DNA of 64,000 bases. Origin: an uncultured Sangeribacter sp. (lineage in GTDB: Bacteria; Bacteroidota; Bacteroidia; Bacteroidales; Muribaculaceae). The stretch covers positions 49,867-113,866 of the forward strand of contig CAYNUE010000001.1 of assembly GCA_964400325.1 (NCBI GenBank), given 5' to 3'. The notes under the pieces are model-generated. The model did no database searches and was not told the origin of the DNA. It saw nothing but the letters and a program-made list of their open reading frames with translations. Position numbers and translations under genes: made by a program. Of the stretch, positions 1 through 9,457 are shown in pieces. Each line of letters starts with the position of its first letter. Within the stretch, counting starts at the first letter, position 1.

Positions 1-390
1 AATATACCGTGCTTCTGAGGGAGCAAATCTCTGACCTTGGTTGATAATGGCTTCGAGAGACTCTCCTTTAAAGTATTTCTGTGTAATCCAACCGTAACGA
101 TGACGCTTATAGGAAGTTATGCCTGAGCTGATAAACGAAGGGAGCCCCTTAACCGAGGCGTAATTTTTGAGAAAACGCACTTCCTCGATAAAATCAGGCT
201 GACGTTTGCCGGTATCCTTGTTGTCAACAGTGTAACGTTTTGAACGGAGGTCAAATACCGTAAGCACCACATCATTCCCATCGGTATCAGAGGCCAGATA
301 TACTTCCCGTTCTCCATCGTGATGCCGGCTTAATTTCTGTCGTACTGTCAGGCCGGCAAATGAATCGTTTTCCTCAAATATCTGTGCCAT
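1..390 (-). CDS. 5' part of a protein kinase-like protein (runs off the window edge; absent from the ORF track)
   Basis: Manual translation is open from ATG at 390 to the edge: MAQIFEENDSFAGLTVRQKLSRHHDGEREVYLA...VVLTVFDL...FIEEVRFLK...GLPSFISSG...WITQKYFKGESLEAIINQG. This has kinase N-lobe/hinge spacing but a degenerate Gly loop and no clear VAIK Lys. AAGGAGG lies just upstream. Confidence 0.6.
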   Translation of the reverse strand, partial: MAQIFEENDSFAGLTVRQKLSRHHDGEREVYLASDTDGNDVVLTVFDLRSKRYTVDNKDTGKRQPDFIEEVRFLKNYASVKGLPSFISSGITSYKRHRYGWITQKYFKGESLEAIINQGQRFAPSEARYI

Positions 391-561
391 AATCCTCCTT
401 TCTTCGTTTTATTAATCGCTATTAATAAAGAGAAAGAAAATCGTGATAATCTCTCACTCTCGACAGCAAAAATCAATTGAATTTTTAATTTTATTCTTTT
501 AATTTAATTTCTGGTTTTAGGTATAATATGTTGATTTATAATATATAAATGGTTTTGAAAA

Positions 562-1398
562 TTACTCGTTATTGCGTAACTGTTTTACGAGCCAGTCAGT
601 AGCATATAGGGCGGCTTCAGCTGTGTTGACTGTAAACGAATGGTCTTCGCCCGGTATCAGTTTTATACTGCTGTTCCGGTAGCCTTGATTATACCTTTCT
701 CCGTATGTGTATGGTACTACTCTATCGTGAGTGCCATGTATTACAAGTACTGGGCCTGTGTAATTGAGTGCTGTTTCGTATATAGGTAGGTTGACAGCAG
801 TCTCAATATATTTACGACCTAATTTTAGATTGCCGAAAGGTAGTTGTATATAGTCGGAAGTCATATTCCATGGGTCGTACATTGCGCCCATAGTGTTACC
901 TCTCAGTGCATCGTCACGGAGTACGGCAGCTGGTGCCATAAGTACGACATTCTTGATGACTTTATCACCGAGTTCACCAGCGGTCATGCTTACGACTACA
1001 CCTCCCTGCGAATGGCCAAGAAGAGAAATGTTTTCTACCCAAGGCTGTGATTGTGCCCACGAAATTACATCTTTCAAATCTTCGATTTCGTTGAGTACAG
1101 TCATGTTCTGAAAGTCTCCCTCGCTTTTTCCATGGCCATTGAAATCGAAACGTAACGAGGCGATACCGTTGTTCTGTAAATCATTAGCAATGTCAGTCAG
1201 CAACTCTGTATTGCAATTGGCAGTAAATCCATGACAAAGAATTGCCAGAGGAATCTTACTCTCTTTTGTTTCCGGTTTCTGAAGTTCAGCGTAGAGCATT
1301 CCCTCTGCACCTTTGATAGTAAATGTCTCCATATTCTGGGCTTCACCGCCTGAAAGTGCGGCAATTGCTAAAAATAATGTTATAACTGTAGTTTTCAT
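562..1398 (-). CDS. Alpha/beta hydrolase (feruloyl/cinnamoyl esterase-like), with signal peptide
   Basis: HGF oxyanion motif, RFDFNGHGKSEG, GHSQGG nucleophile elbow, HGTHD and EDHSF catalytic Asp/His. Confidence 0.85.
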   Translation of the reverse strand: MKTTVITLFLAIAALSGGEAQNMETFTIKGAEGMLYAELQKPETKESKIPLAILCHGFTANCNTELLTDIANDLQNNGIASLRFDFNGHGKSEGDFQNMTVLNEIEDLKDVISWAQSQPWVENISLLGHSQGGVVVSMTAGELGDKVIKNVVLMAPAAVLRDDALRGNTMGAMYDPWNMTSDYIQLPFGNLKLGRKYIETAVNLPIYETALNYTGPVLVIHGTHDRVVPYTYGERYNQGYRNSSIKLIPGEDHSFTVNTAEAALYATDWLVKQLRNNE

Positions 1399-1633
1399 TT
1401 TTATATACTCAATGCTAATGCTGTTTTCAACATGGTTTAATGGCTTCTGACACCTCTGGGAAAGTATATAACTCTCGTCGGATCAATGTATGAAGCACAC
1501 CTCATTAAACTCTGTTTAGTGTGTCTGTCATTAGAGCCTGGTACATGGACTCGTTTATAATTCTTACAAAGATAACTCATAAATATGAATTTACAAAGGA
1601 AATTATACAGAAAGCTCATCATAGAAGTATAGT

Positions 1634-1695
1634 ATACTCTACAAAATAAGACGCTTCCACTTACTAAAGTGGAAGCGTCTTATTTTGTAGAGTAT
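1634..1695. terminator. Perfect 29-bp inverted repeat with 4-nt loop, likely terminator of the sigma/anti-sigma operon
   Basis: ATACTCTACAAAATAAGACGCTTCCACTT-acta-AAGTGGAAGCGTCTTATTTTGTAGAGTAT, abutting the stop codon of 1695..2243. Confidence 0.7.
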
Positions 1696-2243
1696 TAATT
1701 TAATGCTGTAAGTTCATTGTAATCTCTGATTTTCTTAGGAAGCATTATCATTGCTATAATAAGGCTGATAAATAATGTTCCTGCAACAAGCCAAAATGAA
1801 TAAGTCCCGAGTGCCCAAAGATGACTGAGGAAAATAGTAAAAAATATTGCGAGCACTATTGCGAGAAAGATTTCTGTAATCAGGGTATAAAGCCTTAGAG
1901 ACGATACTTGTTTCATCACTACTATTGGCGGAGTAGTTGTAATTTGTATTTTTTTAATTAAATGATAAAGAATTGTGTATGCAATTGCTGCTACAGCCAT
2001 GTACACTCCGAGAAAACCTTTCAAGGCTACAGGGAATGAAGGTTCGTCGGTTCCACTCAACCATAGAGTGATGAATACTACTGCGAACACAGAGCAATTC
2101 AGAATAGTTCTTTGATATTGTTTAGCAATACGAGATTGTGCCGAATTGCAAGTTGCGGTATTGAAGTTGAATGTATCATTACTTTTCTCAGCGAGTATGT
2201 CATCGAGAGTTGACATACTTTTTTTGAGTTCGTCCAAGTTCAT
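1695..2243 (-). CDS. Four-TM membrane protein, putative anti-sigma factor
   Basis: MNLDELK N-terminus, four hydrophobic segments, starts 1 nt after the ECF sigma gene. Confidence 0.65.
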   Translation of the reverse strand: MNLDELKKSMSTLDDILAEKSNDTFNFNTATCNSAQSRIAKQYQRTILNCSVFAVVFITLWLSGTDEPSFPVALKGFLGVYMAVAAIAYTILYHLIKKIQITTTPPIVVMKQVSSLRLYTLITEIFLAIVLAIFFTIFLSHLWALGTYSFWLVAGTLFISLIIAMIMLPKKIRDYNELTALN

Positions 2244-2244
2244 A

Positions 2245-2739
2245 TTATTTCGATTTTGAGATGAGTTTATTTTTAATTCTATGAAGTTTAGTAGCTACAT
2301 TGTTTCGTTCTATACCAATGATGTCTGCGATTTCTTCGTATGAGTATTCATCGAGCCAGAGTAGAATAATCGCTTTCTCAATCGGGAGAAGTTGGTTTAT
2401 CAATTCGTGTAGAGCAGTAAGCTGTTCAATCTTATTGTTATCTGATTCCGAAGAAATATCAACATCAGAAATTCCAAAGGGGAGGGTTTCTATTTTTGGT
2501 TTGTAATTACGGATTGCCATTAAAGCAGAATTGACAGCGACACGATAAACCCAAGTGGAGAGTTTGCTCGTACCCCGGAATTGTTCTAAACCCAACCATA
2601 GATTGGTAAGGATTTCTTGACGTAAATCCTCGTAAGGCATCTTAGGGGTAGCATAGGCCCAACAGACCTTGTTGATAATACGAGAATGCTCCTTAACAAA
2701 GGCAACAAACTCCTTGTTCGTTTTTGGTGGACTTTCCAT
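2245..2739 (-). CDS. ECF-family RNA polymerase sigma factor
   Basis: EDLRQEI...STWVYRVAVN (region 2) and SYEEIADIIGI...VATKLHRIK (region 4.2). Confidence 0.92.
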   Translation of the reverse strand: MESPPKTNKEFVAFVKEHSRIINKVCWAYATPKMPYEDLRQEILTNLWLGLEQFRGTSKLSTWVYRVAVNSALMAIRNYKPKIETLPFGISDVDISSESDNNKIEQLTALHELINQLLPIEKAIILLWLDEYSYEEIADIIGIERNNVATKLHRIKNKLISKSK

Positions 2740-2900
2740 TTTTTCTCAACGTTTTGTAACGTTAGGTGCAAAATTATCTCGAAAAGTTACACTCACCTCA
2801 AATTTTTTTCTTTTTCCGTCACTTTCCAGCTCTGAGTCAATAGCGTCGACAGTTGAGAGTAGATTGAGGATGTGAAAATTGAAGTTTAGAAATTTATTTG

Positions 2901-2908
2901 TAAATTTG
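2901..2908 (+). promoter_or_regulatory. Bacteroidetes -7 promoter element for the Menshen-like operon
   Basis: TAAATTTG matches TAnnTTTG, 26 nt upstream of ATG 2935. Confidence 0.5.
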
Positions 2909-2934
2909 CGTGTGAATCTTATACTTATAATGTA

Positions 2935-4425
2935 ATGATACTGGAGTCTGCTTATATACCGGATTTAGATAGGCTGTTTGAAGTCTATCTGGGGGTTGTT
3001 GATACTCCATATTCAGAAGATTTGGGCTCTGACCCGTATATATCGTTTCTTTTGGAGCATGGATTTCTGAACTATAAGAATACCTTTCTATACGGTACTG
3101 GGAAGATAGATATATCCAATAGGGAGTCCATGGAGCGTAGCTTTTGGGCCGCTATTCAGGACAGTGCGATTGTAGAAGAAATTAACCGTCTTTTGGCAGA
3201 GGAGGGAATGTTTGCGAATGAAATTGTTACTGCGCTTGAGGGAAAGTTTCCTCGCAATGAAATTTTAGTCTATCTAGCTTGGATGGAGCATTTGACACAG
3301 CTCCGTATCAAAGACGGTAGATATCAGATTTCGGAAGAAGGAACTACAGATGCAGAAGACATGGAGCATAGCGATAGTATCTATCCGTTTTCATATACTA
3401 CAGGGGCTGTGGATATTTCAGAGGTGAAATACTCTGTCTATGAATATCTACGACGACTCAATAAAGGCGATATAAAGATGAACCTGGAGTTTCAACATAA
3501 TCTTGTTTGGAAGAAAGAACAGAAAAGTCGGTTTATAGAATCATTGCTGCTCCAGCTTCCTATACCACCGCTATATCTGAAACGTGATAATGCTGGGAAA
3601 CTGTCGGTCATTGATGGTTTGCAACGCACCACAACTTTGTCAGAGTTCACTTCTAACGATTTCTCTCTGACGGGATTGAACGCACTCAGTGAGTTGAATG
3701 GCAAGTCTTTCAAGGAGCTTCAGGAGAACGAGAGTTTGAAAGGATTAGCTGCTCGAATCGAGGATAAGCAACTTTTGTTTTACGTGTTGGGACCAAGTGT
3801 ACCGATGAGGGTGGTATACGATATTTTCAATCGTATTAATACTGGAGGTACAAAACTGGAGCGCCAGGAGGTACGTAATTGTGTTTTTATAGGCAATTCA
3901 ACTCGTTTACTAAAGAACATTTCGGAATCAGATAGATTTAGAAACTCAATAGAAAATGGTATTTCTCCCAAACGTATGAAGGATAGAGAAGCAATACTGC
4001 GTTGTATAGCTTTTGCTTTGACTCCTTATGAGGATTATAATGGTTCTTTAGATGAATTTCTTGAGATGACGATGAAAAAACTCAATTCGATGTCGTCTGT
4101 GAAGATTGAAAATATCAAAGAACGTGCCATTGCGACTTTCGACCGTACCTATGAAATATTTGGTAGCCGTAATTTTAGGATTCCGAGCGGTAATACCAGA
4201 GGACGCATCAACATAGCTCTTATGGAGGCAGTCTTCAACTGTTTTTGGAATAGGTCAGATGATAAAATTTCAAATAAAGATATATTGGTAAATCAGTATA
4301 ACAAGATGATACAGGACCGGGAATTCTTAGAGAGTTTCCGAGCCTCTACCATTTCTAAATCAGGTGTACGCACTCGATTTGAAAAAGCCCATAAATACCT
4401 TGATTATTATTTGGATTATGATTGA
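2935..4425 (+). CDS. nsnA: DUF262 (ParB-like/GmrS) protein with N-terminal extension; Menshen NsnA-like
   Basis: FQHNLVW, SRFIESLLLQLPIPPLY, VIDGLQR and IFNRINTGGTKL are DUF262 motifs; first gene of an overlapping 3-gene operon. Confidence 0.8.
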   Translation: MILESAYIPDLDRLFEVYLGVVDTPYSEDLGSDPYISFLLEHGFLNYKNTFLYGTGKIDISNRESMERSFWAAIQDSAIVEEINRLLAEEGMFANEIVTALEGKFPRNEILVYLAWMEHLTQLRIKDGRYQISEEGTTDAEDMEHSDSIYPFSYTTGAVDISEVKYSVYEYLRRLNKGDIKMNLEFQHNLVWKKEQKSRFIESLLLQLPIPPLYLKRDNAGKLSVIDGLQRTTTLSEFTSNDFSLTGLNALSELNGKSFKELQENESLKGLAARIEDKQLLFYVLGPSVPMRVVYDIFNRINTGGTKLERQEVRNCVFIGNSTRLLKNISESDRFRNSIENGISPKRMKDREAILRCIAFALTPYEDYNGSLDEFLEMTMKKLNSMSSVKIENIKERAIATFDRTYEIFGSRNFRIPSGNTRGRINIALMEAVFNCFWNRSDDKISNKDILVNQYNKMIQDREFLESFRASTISKSGVRTRFEKAHKYLDYYLDYD

Positions 4426-5560
4426 AAAGCTGACAATAGAGAATTTCAAGATTTTCGGTAAGAAAACCTCGTTTGATAATCTTCGCCCTTTCACTATTTT
4501 GACAGGTATCAATGGGCGAGGTAAATCGTCTATGGTTCAGCCATTGGTTGCTGTGGCTCAGACCATACGGGCAACAAGGGGTGTAGATACACTTTGTCTG
4601 AATGGGGAAATGGTTGAACTTGGCACAGCTCTTGATGTGAAAAACGAGGACAGCAGCCGTGATAATCTGACTATATTCTCCATAGGTTTTAAGAAGGGTA
4701 GGACTCTCACAATGGCTTATTCATTTGATGATGAGAAAGCCTCTTTTCTTTCCATGCAGAAAATGAGTGCAGACCGAACGGAGTTTGAATTTCATTCTCC
4801 TTATATACTTAAAGTGCCTGAGTTGAAGCCTTTGAGTAAGCTTTTGTTTATTTCGGCAGACAGAGTCCCTCCCAGATTGGGTTACAAGTCCAGTAATGAC
4901 ACCCGGTATGTAGGCTCGAAAGGAGAATATGCGGTATGTGCATTCCATCATCATAAAAATAATGAAATTAATATAGAGTTTTTCAATTGTCTCCCCGACA
5001 TATACTCTGAGGTAGTGGTGGAGGATTTGGACAGGACCTTTCTCGGTCTGATGCAGTTTTGGATGGAGAAGATGTTTAAACCTACACGTATAGATACTGA
5101 TTATATTGCTGAGACAAACGAATACGCGCTGAAAATCTCAAATCTTGACCGCCATGGAAAGTTTAAGCCTACTAATGTTGGGTTTGGCTACTCGTATGTA
5201 TTTCCGATTTTGGTGGCAGGCCTCTTGGCGGAGGCAGGTGATATTCTGATTATCGAGAATCCTGAGGCCCATCTTCATCCGGCTGCTCAAAGCGCATTAG
5301 GTAAGTTTCTGGTATGGATTACCTTGAAGGATGTTCAAGTAATTGTAGAAACTCATAGCGAGCATATCCTCAATGCTCCAAGAGTCCTTATTGTCCAGGA
5401 GGCCTTCGATAGTGAAGATTTAGCTGTCCTGTATTTCGATGAGAAATATGAGAAAGGCTATACGCCTGTCAAGGTACTTGACACAGGACGAATCAAAGAC
5501 TGGCCAGACGGTTTTTTTGACCAGCTGGAGAAGGATAATGATTTAATTCTTGGTATATGA
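4418..5560 (+). CDS. nsnB: ABC/AAA_21-type ATPase with C-terminal DUF3696; Menshen NsnB-like
   Basis: IENFK, Walker A GINGRGKS, NVGFGYS signature, IIENPEAHLHP, VETHSEH, WPDGFFDQ (DUF3696); start moved to ATG 4418. Confidence 0.82.
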   Translation: MIEKLTIENFKIFGKKTSFDNLRPFTILTGINGRGKSSMVQPLVAVAQTIRATRGVDTLCLNGEMVELGTALDVKNEDSSRDNLTIFSIGFKKGRTLTMAYSFDDEKASFLSMQKMSADRTEFEFHSPYILKVPELKPLSKLLFISADRVPPRLGYKSSNDTRYVGSKGEYAVCAFHHHKNNEINIEFFNCLPDIYSEVVVEDLDRTFLGLMQFWMEKMFKPTRIDTDYIAETNEYALKISNLDRHGKFKPTNVGFGYSYVFPILVAGLLAEAGDILIIENPEAHLHPAAQSALGKFLVWITLKDVQVIVETHSEHILNAPRVLIVQEAFDSEDLAVLYFDEKYEKGYTPVKVLDTGRIKDWPDGFFDQLEKDNDLILGI

Positions 5561-6366
5561 GAAATCATTTTTTTCTTAATGATCATTTGTTTGAGCCATG
5601 TAACACGGCAGAGGAGAGCCTCGAGCTTCTGGAAAGAATGGTATCACTTGCTGCAACTGTATTGAGGGTCAATCAACCTGTTTATTTTAACGGTGACCTG
5701 TTTCTTCGTATCATTATGTATCCTGATATAAATGTTTCAAGCGTATTGCGTAATAATCGTGAGCTTAAAGGACGTTTCAGTAGAATCGTTCAGCAACTTG
5801 AGGCCTTTGTGAGCAAGGCAGACGTAGATGCGAGGTATTGTTTCTATCATAAAGGAGATATTTATGATGTTTCTGGCTCAACCGTTGCACACGCCTATGA
5901 GTACATGGAAAATGATGATAAATCATCTTTGTTAAGCTTCCGTGAGGATTATCCAGGTCTAGAACTTAGCGTGACAAAAGATGCTATAGAACCTCGTGTA
6001 TTATCTAATCACACAGTAAAGAATGAGTTGGTAAAATATCTTCAGAAACTTGGATTATTGAAAAGATATTATTCACCTAAGGATACTCATGTTCCTAATG
6101 ATTATGAAACCATTCTGACAGATACCCAGTTATTCATACCTACCGAGTTTGGTAACCGGAATAATCGTCTGTACCGTAGAATAGAGGAACCGAATCAGCT
6201 GTGGTGTTTAGACCGTGGTCATCGTGGTAGTAGCGCTCATCTGGAAGTATTCAGAGAATCAGATGGATTGCAAATAGCAGTCAGTAAAGTAGATGAAATC
6301 AATTTCTTCCGTAATTTGACTGATAAGGAGAGCACAAGGATACTTATTAAAGAGAAGATGCCTTGA
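5557..6366 (+). CDS. Putative Menshen effector (NsnC slot) with C-terminal colicin E3-like RNase motif
   Basis: ATGA overlap with the ATPase gene; C-terminal WCLDRGH...HLEVFRESDG. Confidence 0.6.
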   Translation: MRNHFFLNDHLFEPCNTAEESLELLERMVSLAATVLRVNQPVYFNGDLFLRIIMYPDINVSSVLRNNRELKGRFSRIVQQLEAFVSKADVDARYCFYHKGDIYDVSGSTVAHAYEYMENDDKSSLLSFREDYPGLELSVTKDAIEPRVLSNHTVKNELVKYLQKLGLLKRYYSPKDTHVPNDYETILTDTQLFIPTEFGNRNNRLYRRIEEPNQLWCLDRGHRGSSAHLEVFRESDGLQIAVSKVDEINFFRNLTDKESTRILIKEKMP

Positions 6367-6424
6367 AGATAAATATGTAGAGGAGAGAGCGTTATACTAT
6401 GTAGTCTAAAAGATTTCTATTGGT

Positions 6425-8587
6425 TTATTCTTTTGTGAGGCGGGAGTTGTCGGTATTCTTTTCGATGCGGGGTGAGCGGAAGGTTTTACCGGAGTTGAAG
6501 TTGTAGGTGAGGGATAGGTGGGCAGTGAGATAATTTTTTGAAAGTGTCAGAAGGTCATAATCAGCCGAAGTGGTACGGATTCTATTTTTGCGTTGCAGCA
6601 TATCCTCCACACTTAAAGATAGGGCCCAATGTTTGCCAAACCGTTTCTGTATTGTCGGATTGAGATTGAGGATAGGGTAAATAGTTATGTTGCCAATCTT
6701 CATTTTTGAATTGTAGAAACAGTTAAGGGTAATACTGAAATCTTCAGGTAGAAGAAAAGTAGTGCTTGCTACCAGCTGTACGTAGCCGAATGTGTCGTAA
6801 GGACAGTTGGCTTCGAGTTGTTGAGAGGTAAGAACGTATGTAAGGCTTGAATAAAGAGTCCACCATTTTTTGAGCCTGAGAAAACCGTCACCATGTATGA
6901 ACATGTTACGGTCTTTGCCCATGTTAGCCCACGTAAGGTACATTCGCTCAGGATGGTCTGGGTCTGAGATAAACATCTGTCTTATAGGGTTAGAGGCTTG
7001 CGAATATCCGGTAGCTATTGTGAATCTTGATGCAAGCACAAAGTCAAGGCTGACTGCATTGGTGAAACTCGGTGTCAGTGAGGGATTACCAACGCTGTAT
7101 GTGTAGTCAGATTCTTGTCTTACTACGGGGTTCAAGGACTGAAAGGAGGGGCGTCTGATATTTCTGTAATAGCCTAAGGCAGCTGTATAATCACCACGTT
7201 CAGTCAGATTGAATGAGACATTGGCATTTGGGAATAAATCAAATCTATTGTCAGGAATCACATTTTTATCATGAGTTCCGAGATGGAAATATTCACCGCG
7301 TAAGCCGGCTTTGAATTTCCATCTTCCGGTCTGTGCGTTAAGGGTAGCATAGACGGCAGCTATATTCTCGTTGTAAGAGTTATCGTAATCGTAGGTGAAG
7401 TTAGCAATCCATAAGGCATCGTCAAGATAATGATGTGATGAAGCGTAGGCTATGCCATTGAAGGTATAGCGTGCTCCGACATTCAAGTTTACTGCTTGAT
7501 TAAAAGACTTACGTAAAGATAAGTCTGTCACGAATATGTTGTAACGATTTTTATTGTCAGTAGTGTAGACAGAGTCTTTTGTCGTGTGGCTCCAAGACAT
7601 AACGTTGTCTTCATCTACAGATGAGCGTTGGTAATTATAGCTGGAAATCAATTTCAATATAGACCCTTTGTCATCAAGATTATGTGACCAGTTGAAAGTT
7701 GCGTTAAAGTTACTAAAATTGTCATGGTGCGTGTAGTCGCCGTAGGTCATGTCTGCTTTTTCAGAGGCTATGCTGGCTTCTGTTTTGGAATCAGAATTGT
7801 GATGTTTTATTTCTGAGTTATAGTCGAATTGAAGACCAAGATGGTCCGCATCCGAAGGGTCGAAGAAGACAGCAGCCATAATATTGCCTTGTAAACACTT
7901 GTTTTTGGAGTGAGACACACCATTGAGGCTTAGAGATTTATCCGCATTTGTCGACTGTCTATAGATGGTATAACGCTCAGACGGAGTACCGTTAAGATTG
8001 CCACTGATATTTGCTGTCCATTTGCCGCTGTGCATACTTACATTGCCAAAGGGGTTGTACCATTGTTTATATTTTCCAACCGTTATACTCATACCTGCAG
8101 ACCCACTGATACCGTCCACACGTTTGCGTTTCAGATTTATGCGGATTACACCACCTGCTGAATCGGCACTATACTCAGCTCCAGCTTTGGGTATTATCTC
8201 AATAGTCGCTATCTCTGACGACTTAACAGTCTTCAGATATGTCATAAGCTGAGTACCAGACATGTTTACTTTTCGGTCGTCGATATAGACTGTGGTGCCG
8301 CTTTGGCCATATATGGAAAGTGCATCGTCAGTCGCCCATACTCCAGGAGCAGTTTTAAGAAGTTCTTGAGCGTCTTTTCCGACTGCTGAAGGATTGGCAG
8401 CTATGTTAAGCACAATACGGTCAGCCTCTCTTCTTATGAGTGGAGTTTCAACTACAAGCTCGCTGAGAGCTGTGACGTTAGACTCAGTTAATGAATCAGT
8501 TTCTGCTACATAGCTGCTGTTTTCCTGAGCTTTCAAAGCCGTTGGGAATAGAGATAAGATTATGATGTAGAATAATGGGTGTTTCAT
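6425..8587 (-). CDS. Outer-membrane beta-barrel / TonB-dependent receptor-like protein
   Basis: Signal peptide, LSELVVE, ELLKTAPGV and AGGVIRINLK plug motifs, GNPSLTPS, terminal LSLTYNF. Confidence 0.85.
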   Translation of the reverse strand: MKHPLFYIIILSLFPTALKAQENSSYVAETDSLTESNVTALSELVVETPLIRREADRIVLNIAANPSAVGKDAQELLKTAPGVWATDDALSIYGQSGTTVYIDDRKVNMSGTQLMTYLKTVKSSEIATIEIIPKAGAEYSADSAGGVIRINLKRKRVDGISGSAGMSITVGKYKQWYNPFGNVSMHSGKWTANISGNLNGTPSERYTIYRQSTNADKSLSLNGVSHSKNKCLQGNIMAAVFFDPSDADHLGLQFDYNSEIKHHNSDSKTEASIASEKADMTYGDYTHHDNFSNFNATFNWSHNLDDKGSILKLISSYNYQRSSVDEDNVMSWSHTTKDSVYTTDNKNRYNIFVTDLSLRKSFNQAVNLNVGARYTFNGIAYASSHHYLDDALWIANFTYDYDNSYNENIAAVYATLNAQTGRWKFKAGLRGEYFHLGTHDKNVIPDNRFDLFPNANVSFNLTERGDYTAALGYYRNIRRPSFQSLNPVVRQESDYTYSVGNPSLTPSFTNAVSLDFVLASRFTIATGYSQASNPIRQMFISDPDHPERMYLTWANMGKDRNMFIHGDGFLRLKKWWTLYSSLTYVLTSQQLEANCPYDTFGYVQLVASTTFLLPEDFSITLNCFYNSKMKIGNITIYPILNLNPTIQKRFGKHWALSLSVEDMLQRKNRIRTTSADYDLLTLSKNYLTAHLSLTYNFNSGKTFRSPRIEKNTDNSRLTKE

Positions 8588-9324
8588 TTCTTTCTGTTTT
8601 TTTGTTCTTGACCAATTTTATAATTTGAAAATGCAAGTTTGCGGTGGCTGTTGACGAAAGCAGACCAGAATTCTACATTGTCCTCATAATCCTTTACTTT
8701 ATGTCTGAAAAATGCAAGTCTGAAGGTTTCCGGCAGATTCATCTTTTGCAAGGCTTTTGTGACAGTCTGGAATATGAATATCTGTGCTATGGGTTCATCG
8801 CCATAGTCATAGAAATCGACAACAAGTATGCGCTGTTTCTTCCTGTCGAAATAGGTATAGGTATACATTTCTGTTGGCTTCCTATTCCATTTTTCCACAT
8901 CGTCTTCATAGAGCCACATAGTGTAAGGATTTTCATCATTTAGAGGTGATGACAAAGAAAATGGTCTTGTCATCTGCATATTGCCTTTAGGCTTCACGAA
9001 CATGGTCTGCATATCGGGGGCGTAGAAAAGTATTTCGGCACTGTCGAGACGTGCAGTGTGCAGTATGTCGAATATAAATCTATCTAAACCGGGATATTTC
9101 GCAAGCGAGTCAGCAGAAGAGATTATAGTCAGCGGAACGGGAATCAGTACATTACCGAAGGTCATGCGATAGGTCGTATCACGGTCGATAATTTGTCCGT
9201 AGTAATTGCTTATGTGCCAGTCACGGTCAGCGAATACGAGTCCTTTACGTGTGGCACAGCCTGCAAACAGGAATAGTAGTGCCGGTATAATCAAGAGTTG
9301 TTTTAATGATAGTGAAGTTTTCAT
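8584..9324 (-). CDS. Hypothetical lipoprotein
   Basis: Start reassigned to MKTSLSLK; lipobox LFAGC; overlaps the start of the barrel gene. Confidence 0.65.
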   Translation of the reverse strand: MKTSLSLKQLLIIPALLFLFAGCATRKGLVFADRDWHISNYYGQIIDRDTTYRMTFGNVLIPVPLTIISSADSLAKYPGLDRFIFDILHTARLDSAEILFYAPDMQTMFVKPKGNMQMTRPFSLSSPLNDENPYTMWLYEDDVEKWNRKPTEMYTYTYFDRKKQRILVVDFYDYGDEPIAQIFIFQTVTKALQKMNLPETFRLAFFRHKVKDYEDNVEFWSAFVNSHRKLAFSNYKIGQEQKNRKK

Positions 9325-9377
9325 AAAAGTGTCAGTGTTGGTTACTTGGTGCAAAATTATCCTATATATCACTCCGG

Positions 9378-9417
9378 TAGTCTTAGCCGAACCTCCTTTA
9401 GTCTTAGTTAGTCTTAG
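9378..9417. promoter_or_regulatory. Three direct repeats of TAGTCTTAG, candidate OmpR-type response regulator site
   Basis: Copies at 9378, 9399 and 9409 (spacings 21 and 10) lie between divergent TAATTTTG elements at 9352-9359 (-) and 9446-9453 (+). Confidence 0.55.
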
Positions 9418-9457
9418 TTGATAGAAACAGTAAGGTAAAATTGAGTAATTTTGCAAC

